Shown here piece after piece: positions 1-8,988 of a stretch of DNA of 64,000 nucleotides. The stretch's first letter is position 1, and the number at the start of each line of letters is the position of its first letter. Source of the DNA: Longimicrobiales bacterium (GTDB lineage: Bacteria > Gemmatimonadota > Gemmatimonadetes > Longimicrobiales > Gaopeijiaceae). The notes beneath the pieces were generated by a model. The model saw only the letters and a list, made by a program, of their open reading frames with translations, did no database searches and had not been told where the DNA came from. The position numbers and the translations under genes were made by a program. The stretch is from NCBI GenBank assembly GCA_965204735.1, contig OZ242008.1, forward strand, positions 1,696,001 to 1,760,000, in the 5' to 3' direction.

Positions 1-3000
1 CAAGACGGCGAGGTCACTTCCAGGCGCTTCCGGCTGGAGAGCTCGGGCCGCCGGTTCTCCCGCACCGACACCCTGGTCCTCGACGACGCCGACTACGTGG
101 AGGGCCAGTTCTTCTTCCTCTTCGACCCGGAGGCGTTCTTCGACCACCCCCACCTGGACGTCCTCTCGCTGGTCCCGTCGGACGCGCCCGCCGCCGTCGC
201 TCCCGGCCCGGACCCGATCCAGCTCTACCGCTCCGAGACCAGCCTCTTCTCGCGCCAGCAGGTCGAAGGCTACGTCCAGGCCGACGCCGTGGCGGGCGAG
301 GGGGAAGAGCGGGTGGCCGAGTCGGCGTGGTTCCGCTACCTCCAGCCGGGCCAGGACTACCTGGTGCACCCGAGCGGCCTGTGGGTGGTTCTCCGGTCGC
401 CCCTGGCGCCCGCCGAGATGCTGGCGGTCACCTACGTCACGGTGGCCGGCGACACGGTGGGCACCTACAACCCGGAACGGACCCATCGACTTGGGGGCCG
501 GCCCACGCTGAAGCTGCTGAAGGCTTCGGCGGCCCAGCACCAGCCCGGCCGGCCCACGTGGCGCACCGAGATGCACCAGGTCTACCGGATCTCGTCCTCC
601 AACGACGTGGACCCGGGCTCCGTCGAGCTGGTGGTGTCGCTGGGCGAGGAGAGCGCGGGCCGGACGTTCGCGCGCAGGTCCAACGGAGACGACGTCACTT
701 GGCTGCGCCTCTTCGGGCTGGACGAGGAGTCGCCCGCCGACCGATTGGACGAGTCCCACGTCTACCGGCCGTCCCAGGACTCCTTCGAGGACCTGCCTCC
801 GGTGTCCGGCGCGTTCGTGGTCTTCCCGACGCTGGAGCCCTTCGCGGACCCGCCTCCCGTCCGACGGTTCGCCCTGGGGACGAGAGAGGCTCGGCGCATC
901 CTCGGGGCCAACCGCAACGAGCGCATCTACCGCGACGGCGACCCCTTCGAGCGGGAGAACGGGGGCGTCTTCCGGCTCAACCTGTCCTACGAGGTGCGGG
1001 GGACGGGGACCGCCTCCTCGTTCGCCCTGGGCGCCGTGGGCATCCGCGAGGGGACGGAGCGGGCTCTGCTGGGCGACGTGGCGCTGGCGCGGGGCGTGGA
1101 CTACGTCATCGACTACGACGTGGGACAGCTCGTGCTGCTGAACCCGGAGCGCCTCTTGGCGGCGAACCCGGGGCGAGTCCTGGACGTGTCGTGGGAGCAG
1201 CGGAGTCTCTTCCAGATCGCTCCCACGTCGGTGTTCGGCCTGAACGCGCGCTACGACCTGGGGAACTACGGCGCCGCGCACCTCACGGGCCTCTACCAGA
1301 CCGAAGGCCAGCTGGTTCGCCGGCCCCAGCTGGGACTGGAGGCGGGCGCCGTGGGCCTGGGAAGCCTCAACGCCGACTTGGCCTTCGACGCGCCTCTCCT
1401 GACCCGCCTGCTGGACGCGGTTCCCGGATTGGACCCGGGCGGGAGCTCGGCCGTTCGCCTCTCGACGGAGGTGGCGGTGTCGCTGCCCAACCCCAACACC
1501 CAGGGAGAGGCGTACCTGGACGACTTCGACGCCCTCGACAGGCGCGCGCTCTCGGTGCGGAGCCACGACTGGCGGCGCGGGAGCCGTCCGGCGCACCTGG
1601 ACGGCGCGGAGGACGCTCTGCCGCCGGAGCTCTCCCAATCCACCTTGGCCGCCGTCGCCTGGCAGCACGCCTGGATCGAGCAGACCGCGGGCGGAGACAG
1701 CCTGGGCGTCTTCGAAGGCTTCAACCCTTCGGCGGAGATCGACCAGCAGATCAGGATCAGCGGGAGCGCGGTGCGCGAGCCCGGGCTCTTTGTGCGCTTT
1801 CGGCCCGAGAGCGGCGACCGGGAAGGAGCCCGGGCGTGGTCCTCGATCACGACGGTGCTCAGTCCCACGGGGACGGACCTGACGAAGAGCGACTTCGTCG
1901 AGTTCTACGTCCGGGACGGCGACTTCCTGACGCTGGTGCTGGACGTGGGGATCGTCAGCGAGGACGCCTTCTTCGCCGACACCACGGGTGCGGTGAACGG
2001 CACGAAGCCCGGGTCCGGCGTGCCCTGGGGCCTGGGGCTGCTGGACCAGGAGGCCGACCCCCGGCGGGGCGAGGTGTGGGGGAACCAAGCCGACGGCCGG
2101 GGCGTGTGGGACGAGGACTGCTTCGCTGAGCGAGGGCGGGTATACCCCTTGGGCGACCTGAACGCCAACTGCACCCGGGGCAACGGGCGGCCCGACTCGG
2201 AGGACCTGGACGAGGACGGCAACCTCGACGTGCTGGAGCGGCACAGGCGCTTCGTGATCCCGCTCGACGGATCGTCGCCCTTCCTTGCCCGCGACCGCGG
2301 CGAGACCGGGACCGCGTTTCGCCTCTACCGGGTCCCGCTTCGCGACCCGGCGGGGCTGGACGTGGGCGGCGCGATCTCCGAGGCCGAGCTGCGGGCGGTT
2401 CGACACCTGCGCCTGACGGTGACGGGTCGGCGGCGCGACTCCTTCGTCCTGGCCCGCATGGGGATCGTGGGCTCGACCTGGATCAAGCGAGGACCGTCGG
2501 GGACGCTGCGGGGCCTGGGGGGCGACACGGCGACGGCGGCGGGGCGGGTCGAGGTCGGCCCGGTGTCGAAGCTCACCGAGGGCGAAGGCTACGTGTCGCC
2601 GCCGGGAGTCGTGGAGGAGCTGGACGACCCGGCGGCGGCGTTCGGCGGACAGGGGATCGAGTTCAACGAGCGCGCCCTGGCCGTCGTCTTCGAAGACGTG
2701 CAGCCCGGAGATCGGGTCGAGGTGTACAACCGCTTCCCCCAGCGGCCCCGGGACTTCCTCTCCTACCGGGAAGCCCGACTGTGGGCGGTGGCCCGGGGGG
2801 ACTTCGGAACCCATGTCCGGTCTTGGTTCTTCGTCAAGATCGGCACCGACGACCGCAACTTCTACCTCTTCCGCAAGCGCTTGAACCGGACGCCCGACTA
2901 CCGTGGGGTGCGTCAGGAGGACTGGCGGCCCGAGGTGGTGATCGACTTCGACCGTTGGCTGCGTCTGCGGCAGCAGGCCGAGGGGGAGCTGGCGCTGGCG

Positions 3001-5262
3001 CCCCGGTCCTCGGCGGATCCGCCGCTGGTCCTCTGGTCCCCGGACTCGGCGTACGCCGTGGTTCTGCAGGACCGGGGACGGGCGCCCAACTTGGCGTCGG
3101 TGCGCGAGATCGCCATGGGCGTGGCCAACGCGACGGGCGCGCCGATCTCCGGCGAGGTGTGGGTGGACGAGCTGCGGCTGGGCCGGGGGCTCCGGGACGG
3201 CGGTCTGGTGGCGGCGTTCGACGCCGAGCTCGAGGGAGGCGAGTTCCTCCGCTCCCGGGCGTCGTACCGTCGGCGCGGCGGCTTCTTCAGGCAGCTGCGC
3301 TCGGGGCCGACCTTCCGAGACGAGCGATCCCTCGAGCTGGGAGCGACGATGCAGATGGGACGCTTCGCGCCCGAGTCCTGGGGCGTGGAGGCGCCGCTGT
3401 CGGTCAGCCACCGGCGAGAGGCGGAGACGCCGCTCTTCCTGAACCGCAGCGACGTGCGGGCCGACAGGCTGGACGGGTTGCGGACGCCGGGCTTCGGTCT
3501 GACCCGGGTCGACTTCTCGCTGCGCCGCCGGCGGCCGGGCGAGGGGGGGTTCTGGGGGGCGGCGCTGGACGGCTTCGATCTTCGGGCCGGGGTTCAGCGC
3601 ACCTCCCAGCAGACGATCGCCACGGAGAGCGACGGCGGAGGCGCCGACGTCTTCGCAGGGTGGTCGGCAACCCCGGGACGGAGAGACCTGCCGCTCTTCC
3701 CGGGGTGGATCGGCACTGCGCTGCGGGCCCTGCTGCCGGCGTCCGTCGAGGACCGAATCGCCGGCGCCCGGCTGCGGTGGACGCCCGAGAGCTTCGCGGT
3801 GCAGGGCGAGTACTTGAAGCGGGACCTGCGCACGGTGCGCTTCGACAGGATCGTGAGGACTCCCGCCGACAGCGCCATGGAGGCCCGGGACGTGCCCCGG
3901 CGGCTCGTGACGGCGTTCGCCAGGATCGGGCTGCGGCCCCTCGAGTCCCTGACGGCGGAGGCGAGCCTGACCAGCGGGAGAGACCTCCTGGACCCGGCGC
4001 GGCTCTCCGGCGACCCGGAGGTGCGGCGCCTCCTCGAGCAGGAGCGGCTGCGGGTGGGAGGCGCCGACCTGGGGTGGGAGGTGGACCGCCGCCTGGCCAC
4101 GCGCCTGGGCTACCGGCCCCGCCTGACCGAGTGGGCCCGGGCCTCGGTGCAGGTCAGCACCCTGTACCTCTCGGAGCGCAACCCGGACTTGGCGGGGCGC
4201 CGCCCGCTCGGCCGGGGCCAGGGGTCCGAAACGGCCGCGGACACGGCGCTGGCCCTGCTGCGCAACGCCCGCGCCGAGCGGGACGTGTCGGCCAGGTTCT
4301 CCCTGGACCCCGGCCGCATGGGACGGGCCGGCGTCGAGGGAGGCGCCCTGGCGGGATGGCTGAGGCGCTCCGTGGATCCGCTCACGGTGACGTGGTCCAG
4401 CGGCGTGGCGTCCCGCTTCGACCGGGACCCGGTGCGCCCGGGGGCCGTCTACGAGCTGGCGTGGGGCGGCCGCGAGCGGTTCCTGCGGATTGGGGCCGAC
4501 ACCGCCGCCACGCTGGGAGAGCGGGACCGGATCGCCGTGCGGGGCGGCGTGCGGCTGCCGGGCGCGGCCCTGGTGCGGCTGGCCTACGACCGCTCCCTCG
4601 CCGAGACGCTGGACACGCGCTCGGACCGGGACGTCCTGCGGCGCGTGTGGCCGGACTTGCAGGCCGAGATCGCCGGGTGGGCGCCGCCGGGGTTCCTCTC
4701 GGCAGCGGTGGAGCGGGTGTCGCTTGGCTCGGGGTACCGCAGGGAGACGCGCACGCTGACCTTCGGCGCCTCGGCGCGGCAGGACCGCTTCCGAGAGGAT
4801 CGGGAGGTGCCCCTGACGGCGGCGCTGGCGTTCCCCGTCGGGGTGGACGTCTCGTACCGGGGGCGCCTGAACCGAGGCGAGAGCGCCGATCCCACCGGCG
4901 ACACCCGCCGAGAGAGCAGCAGCCACGCCCTTGTCGTGTCGATCCGCCTCCGCTCGCCGTTGCGGGCGTTCCGCGAAAGGGGCGCGCCGATGCGGGTCGC
5001 CCTGGACGTGGGCTACCAGGACGAGGTCCAGTGCCGGATCGCCGTCGCCGGGAACCCGTGCGTCGCCTTCATCGACCAGCTGGAGCGAAGCGCGTCGGTC
5101 TCCCTCGACTCCCAAGTTCGGGACTACCAGCTGGGCGTGCGCCTCCGCTACCTGGACCGCCGCTCGTTCGTGGGCCGGCTCGCCGGAACGACCCAGCTCC
5201 AGCTCAACGTCTTCGGCCACTTCTTCCTGCACCCGGGAGTGTTCGCCGGACGGCCGGACTGA
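1..5262 (+). CDS. sprA: SprA-like large cell-surface/outer-membrane protein (T9SS translocon homologue), 5'-truncated
   Basis: Frame is open from base 1. SprA-like segments: GVDYVIDYDVGQL, PNPNTQGEAYLDDFD, DSEDLDEDGNLD, GEVWVDELRL. C-terminus is rich in predicted beta strands. Confidence 0.75.
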   Translation, partial: QDGEVTSRRFRLESSGRRFSRTDTLVLDDADYVEGQFFFLFDPEAFFDHPHLDVLSLVPSDAPAAVAPGPDPIQLYRSETSLFSRQQVEGYVQADAVAGEGEERVAESAWFRYLQPGQDYLVHPSGLWVVLRSPLAPAEMLAVTYVTVAGDTVGTYNPERTHRLGGRPTLKLLKASAAQHQPGRPTWRTEMHQVYRISSSNDVDPGSVELVVSLGEESAGRTFARRSNGDDVTWLRLFGLDEESPADRLDESHVYRPSQDSFEDLPPVSGAFVVFPTLEPFADPPPVRRFALGTREARRILGANRNERIYRDGDPFERENGGVFRLNLSYEVRGTGTASSFALGAVGIREGTERALLGDVALARGVDYVIDYDVGQLVLLNPERLLAANPGRVLDVSWEQRSLFQIAPTSVFGLNARYDLGNYGAAHLTGLYQTEGQLVRRPQLGLEAGAVGLGSLNADLAFDAPLLTRLLDAVPGLDPGGSSAVRLSTEVAVSLPNPNTQGEAYLDDFDALDRRALSVRSHDWRRGSRPAHLDGAEDALPPELSQSTLAAVAWQHAWIEQTAGGDSLGVFEGFNPSAEIDQQIRISGSAVREPGLFVRFRPESGDREGARAWSSITTVLSPTGTDLTKSDFVEFYVRDGDFLTLVLDVGIVSEDAFFADTTGAVNGTKPGSGVPWGLGLLDQEADPRRGEVWGNQADGRGVWDEDCFAERGRVYPLGDLNANCTRGNGRPDSEDLDEDGNLDVLERHRRFVIPLDGSSPFLARDRGETGTAFRLYRVPLRDPAGLDVGGAISEAELRAVRHLRLTVTGRRRDSFVLARMGIVGSTWIKRGPSGTLRGLGGDTATAAGRVEVGPVSKLTEGEGYVSPPGVVEELDDPAAAFGGQGIEFNERALAVVFEDVQPGDRVEVYNRFPQRPRDFLSYREARLWAVARGDFGTHVRSWFFVKIGTDDRNFYLFRKRLNRTPDYRGVRQEDWRPEVVIDFDRWLRLRQQAEGELALAPRSSADPPLVLWSPDSAYAVVLQDRGRAPNLASVREIAMGVANATGAPISGEVWVDELRLGRGLRDGGLVAAFDAELEGGEFLRSRASYRRRGGFFRQLRSGPTFRDERSLELGATMQMGRFAPESWGVEAPLSVSHRREAETPLFLNRSDVRADRLDGLRTPGFGLTRVDFSLRRRRPGEGGFWGAALDGFDLRAGVQRTSQQTIATESDGGGADVFAGWSATPGRRDLPLFPGWIGTALRALLPASVEDRIAGARLRWTPESFAVQGEYLKRDLRTVRFDRIVRTPADSAMEARDVPRRLVTAFARIGLRPLESLTAEASLTSGRDLLDPARLSGDPEVRRLLEQERLRVGGADLGWEVDRRLATRLGYRPRLTEWARASVQVSTLYLSERNPDLAGRRPLGRGQGSETAADTALALLRNARAERDVSARFSLDPGRMGRAGVEGGALAGWLRRSVDPLTVTWSSGVASRFDRDPVRPGAVYELAWGGRERFLRIGADTAATLGERDRIAVRGGVRLPGAALVRLAYDRSLAETLDTRSDRDVLRRVWPDLQAEIAGWAPPGFLSAAVERVSLGSGYRRETRTLTFGASARQDRFREDREVPLTAALAFPVGVDVSYRGRLNRGESADPTGDTRRESSSHALVVSIRLRSPLRAFRERGAPMRVALDVGYQDEVQCRIAVAGNPCVAFIDQLERSASVSLDSQVRDYQLGVRLRYLDRRSFVGRLAGTTQLQLNVFGHFFLHPGVFAGRPD

Positions 5263-5311
5263 AGCGGAGTTCCGGGCGCGGGCGCCGGCGCGCGGCACGG
5301 GCGGAGCCCTC

Positions 5312-5338
5312 GAAAAAAAATCAGTCCCAAATCGCCAT
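5312..5338 (+). promoter_or_regulatory. A-tract + TCAGTCCCA motif upstream of comEA-pilT-pilC
   Basis: G-A8-TCAGTCCCA..GCCAT; near-identical copy at 15786-15813 upstream of the pilin gene. Confidence 0.5.
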
Positions 5339-5406
5339 GTAAACGCCCCTCTCCGGTCGCGAAACTGTGGTCCAAGACGACTTGGCGCCTGACGAGGAGC
5401 GGGAAC

Positions 5407-6130
5407 GTGACCGAGCGAGAACGTCGGAGCATGTCGCGTGCGGCGCTGCTCCTGCTGGGAGCGGCGGTCGTCCGCTTCCTTGCGTTGCCGGCGGCGTCGG
5501 AACCTCCCTTGGAGGGCCGCCCGTCGATCGCCGACAGCCTGCTCGTCGCCGGCGACTCGGTGGCCGAGGAGAAGGCTCGGCGAAGCCGCCCGCTGGAACC
5601 CGGGGAGAAAATCGACCCCAACACCGCCGGCGAGGAAGACTTGGATCGGCTGCCGAGAGTGGGGCCCTCGATCGCCCGGGCGGATCGTGGAGGAGCGGGA
5701 GGCCAACGGCCCCTACGCCTCGGTCGCGGATTTGGCCCGCGTCCCCGGCTTGGGCGTCCGATCCGTCGAGCGGCTCGCGCCCCACTTGGCGCTGCCGCCC
5801 GGAGGGCCGGCGTCGCGCGCGGCGCGTCCGCGGCCGGCGCGCGCCGGGGAGCGGGGCCGTTCGCCGCCGTTCGCCCGCACCGGGGCGAACACGCAGCCGC
5901 CGGGGTCCACCGAGCGCGCCGGAGCGCCAGGACCTCCTCTCGACCTGAACCGCGCCACTGTCCAGGAGCTCCAGCAGCTGCCCGGAATCGGTCCTGCGCT
6001 GGCGGGACGGATCGTCGCTCTCCGCACCGAGAGAGGAGCCTTCGCCGCACCGGAAGAGCTGAAGGAGGTGTCGGGGATCGGCGCCAAGACCTACGCGCGC
6101 CTTGCCCCCCTGGTGACGGCCCGCCGCTGA
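5407..6130 (+). pseudogene. comEA: ComEA-family helix-hairpin-helix DNA-binding protein, split by a one-base frameshift near 5674-5681 (pseudogene or sequencing error)
   Basis: First frame gives TM + IDPNTAGEEDLDRLPRVGPSIA. It continues in the next frame as RIVEEREANGPYASVADLARVPGLG, then a second domain LDLNRATVQELQQLPGIGPALAGRIV. Confidence 0.8.
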
Positions 6131-6196
6131 CCCGCCCGCCCGGCTCGGCCCGCGGCCCGCCCTGCCGCCCCCGCAAAGCAAAGGAGAAGCCCCACA

Positions 6197-7372
6197 GTGA
6201 CCCGCTCGCCCGCCGTTCCCCCTGCCCCCGGCGCACCGCTCCCGTCCCGCGCGGGCGCCGCGTCCCGCGACCTGGACCCCCTCCTCCGCGAGATCGTCCG
6301 TCGCGGCGCCTCCGACCTCCATCTGACCGTCGGTCGTCCTCCGCAGCTGCGGATCGACGGGCGCTTGGCGGATTGCGACGGCGCCGCAGCCCTGGACGGC
6401 GACGATCTTCGCCGCCTCGCCGCCTCGTTGCTCGACGAGCGGCAGCGCGCGCGCCTCGCAGCCGGCGCCGAGATCGACTTCGCCTTCGAGGCCCCGCAGC
6501 TGGCCCGCTTCCGCGTGGCCTGCTTCCGCCAACGGGGTCGAGTCGCCCTTGTGCTCCGCAGGATTCCCCACGAACCGCCCCGCCTGGGCGACCTGGGGCT
6601 GCCGCCGGCGGTGGCGGCCTTCGCCCGGCGGCGCCGAGGCCTCGTGCTGGCGACCGGGCCGTCGGGATCGGGGAAGTCCACGACCCTGGCCGCCATCGTG
6701 GACCAGATCAACCGGGAGCGCCCAGGCCACGTCGTCACCGTGGAAGACCCCATCGAGTTCGTCCACCCGCACCTGCGCTGCATCGTCCACCAGCGGGAGG
6801 TCGGCGCCGACACGCGGTCGTTCGGAGCCGCGCTGAAGCACGCGCTGCGCCAGGACCCCGACGTGATCCTGGTGGGCGAGATGCGCGACCCCGAGACGAT
6901 GGCCGCCGCGCTGTCGGCCGCCGAGACCGGCCACTTGGTGCTGACCACCCTGCACACCAACTCTGCGGCGGAATCGGTCAACCGGATCGTCGACGCCTTC
7001 TCCGCCCAGCGGCAGCATCAGGTCCGCGCCCAGCTGGCGGCGGTGCTCCAGGGCGTGGTCACGCAGCTGCTGCTCCCCCGCGCCGTCGGCGCCGGACGGA
7101 TCGCGGCGGCGGAGGTGATGGTGTGCACGCCGGCGGTCCGGGCGGTGATCCGCGACGATCGAGTCCACCAGCTCCCGTCGCTCATGCAGGCCGGCCGCAA
7201 GCACGGGATGCAGACCCTCGCCGACGCCCTCGCCCGACTCTACCTCAACGGAGAAGTCGAGCTGGAGGAGGCGCTCAAGCACAGCGACGACCCCTACGGG
7301 CTCCTTCGAGCGGTGGGCGAGCCGCCCCCGGAAGGGTTCGCCCTCGCGGAGAGCGCAGGAGGCCGGCCGTGA
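6197..7372 (+). CDS. pilT: Type IV pilus retraction ATPase PilT
   Basis: ASDLHL, Walker A GPSGSGKSTT, TVEDPIEF, ALRQDPDVILVGEMRD, TLHT, GMQT. Confidence 0.93.
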   Translation: MTRSPAVPPAPGAPLPSRAGAASRDLDPLLREIVRRGASDLHLTVGRPPQLRIDGRLADCDGAAALDGDDLRRLAASLLDERQRARLAAGAEIDFAFEAPQLARFRVACFRQRGRVALVLRRIPHEPPRLGDLGLPPAVAAFARRRRGLVLATGPSGSGKSTTLAAIVDQINRERPGHVVTVEDPIEFVHPHLRCIVHQREVGADTRSFGAALKHALRQDPDVILVGEMRDPETMAAALSAAETGHLVLTTLHTNSAAESVNRIVDAFSAQRQHQVRAQLAAVLQGVVTQLLLPRAVGAGRIAAAEVMVCTPAVRAVIRDDRVHQLPSLMQAGRKHGMQTLADALARLYLNGEVELEEALKHSDDPYGLLRAVGEPPPEGFALAESAGGRP

Positions 7373-8409
7373 AGCGCGTGCCGAACCGGGAAGTGGTGGT
7401 GTTCACCCGGCTCTTCGCGACGATGGTCGGGGCGGGGCTGCCCATCGTGCAGAGCCTGGACGTGCTGGCCCGCCAAACGGAGAACGAGACCCTCCGTCGC
7501 GTGATTCGGTCGATGATCGCCGACGTCGAAGCGGGGAGCTCCCTGGCCGGGGCGATGAGCCGTCACCCGGCAGCCTTCCCGGGCCTGACGGTGGACATGG
7601 TGGCCGCGGGCGAGGCGGGGGGCGCGCTGGACACGATCCTCCTCCGCCTGGCCGACTACCTGGAAAAGAACGAGGCGCTCGCCCGCAAGGTTCGAAGCGC
7701 GCTGGTGTACCCGGCGATGATCGTCGCCGTCGCCGTTCCCGCCGTCGTGGTGATGATGCTCTTCGTGGTCCCCACCTTCGAGGCGCTCTTTGCGTCGGCC
7801 GGCGTGTCTCTTCCGCTCCCCACCCGGGTGGTGATCGGCGTCTCCGAGGCGCTGCAGAAGGGGTGGTGGGCGCTGCTCGGGCTCTTGCTGGGGCTGGCGG
7901 CGACGGGCCGACACGCTTGGCGGACCGGTCGAGGGCGGCTGGCGGCGGACCGCTTCATGCTGGGCGTGCCCGTGGCGGGCTCCGTGGTCGGGAAGGCCGC
8001 CGTGTCGCGCTTCACCCGGACCTTGGGAACCCTCGTCGCTTCCGGCGTCCCGATCCTGGAGGGACTGGAGATCACTGCCAAGACCGCCGGCAACCGGGTC
8101 GTCCACGACGCGGTCATGCGGGCGCGCGCCTCAATCGCCGGCGGCGACACGATCTCCGACCCCCTGGCGGAGTCGGGCGTCTTCCCGCCAGTGGTGGTGC
8201 GGATGATACAGGTGGGCGAACAGACGGGCGCCCTGGACGAGATGCTGGCCCGCATCGCCGACTTCCACGACCAGCAGGTGGACACGGCGGTGGCGGCCCT
8301 TCTCTCCGCCGTCGAGCCCGCGCTGGTGGTTGTCCTGGGCCTCGTGGTCGGCGGGCTGATCGTCTCGCTCTACCTGCCGATCTTCGAGATGATGTCGGCG
8401 GTGGGGTGA
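7369..8409 (+). CDS. pilC: Type IV pilus platform protein PilC (GspF family)
   Basis: GTG overlaps the pilT stop (GTGA). FTRLFATMVGAGLPI, AGEAGGALD, ALVYP, VGEQTGALDEML, LYLPIF. Confidence 0.92.
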   Translation: MKRVPNREVVVFTRLFATMVGAGLPIVQSLDVLARQTENETLRRVIRSMIADVEAGSSLAGAMSRHPAAFPGLTVDMVAAGEAGGALDTILLRLADYLEKNEALARKVRSALVYPAMIVAVAVPAVVVMMLFVVPTFEALFASAGVSLPLPTRVVIGVSEALQKGWWALLGLLLGLAATGRHAWRTGRGRLAADRFMLGVPVAGSVVGKAAVSRFTRTLGTLVASGVPILEGLEITAKTAGNRVVHDAVMRARASIAGGDTISDPLAESGVFPPVVVRMIQVGEQTGALDEMLARIADFHDQQVDTAVAALLSAVEPALVVVLGLVVGGLIVSLYLPIFEMMSAVG

Positions 8410-8451
8410 GCACGAGGGCGCAGGGCCGAACCGGAACAGGAGGCGCAAGCG

Positions 8452-8754
8452 ATGTCCAGAGCATTCGTCAAGGAAGACCAAGACGACCGACCGCCGGAGT
8501 ACGGCCTCCCGGAGCCCGGCTCGCCGGGGTACCGCGCCGCGTGCGCCTGGGCGCTGATCACCGGAGCGAACCAGGGCGACAGCCGCAGCGCCGAGCTGGC
8601 CACCGGCTGCAAGTGGGGAGAAGTCCAGCTGGCGCCCCACGTTCGACGGATCCTGAAGCGCGCCGAGGCCCACGACGAGTGGCGGATCGCGCAGCTGTGC
8701 AAGCGGTTCCTGAAGGCGGCGGGCGCCGACTGCTCGGCGGAGGAGGCTCCCTAG
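8452..8754 (+). CDS. Hypothetical protein with MSRAFVKE N-terminus
   Basis: AGGAGG RBS, 100-aa ORF with normal composition. Confidence 0.7.
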   Translation: MSRAFVKEDQDDRPPEYGLPEPGSPGYRAACAWALITGANQGDSRSAELATGCKWGEVQLAPHVRRILKRAEAHDEWRIAQLCKRFLKAAGADCSAEEAP

Positions 8755-8861
8755 GCGCAAGGAGACTGCGCGGCGCAAGGAGACCCTTCGGCGGAGGAAG
8801 GCCCCGCGGCGGCGCAGGAAGCTCCCTAGGCGCAAGGAGCCCCCTCGGCGCACGGAGACCG
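8733..8861 (+). repeat. Degenerate ~18-bp tandem repeat (~7 units)
   Basis: Units such as ctaggcgcaaggagactg and cgcggcgcaaggagaccc; gctccctaggcgcaaggag occurs twice. Confidence 0.7.
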
Positions 8862-8988
8862 GGCCCGACCCCGGCAAGTGGCGCTTCGCTCGCCGCAGCC
8901 GTAGCTTCAACGTTGCTTCTGATCCCCCCGAGTCGCTCCGACTCGCTCCGGCCCCGGCCGTCCTTCCCCAACCGCCTTCTCCCAGCCC

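Noticed and set aside
5407..8409. 1000-aa ComEA-PilC fusion ORF
   Set aside because: The middle is Arg/Pro-rich off-frame translation over pilT; it results from the comEA frameshift.
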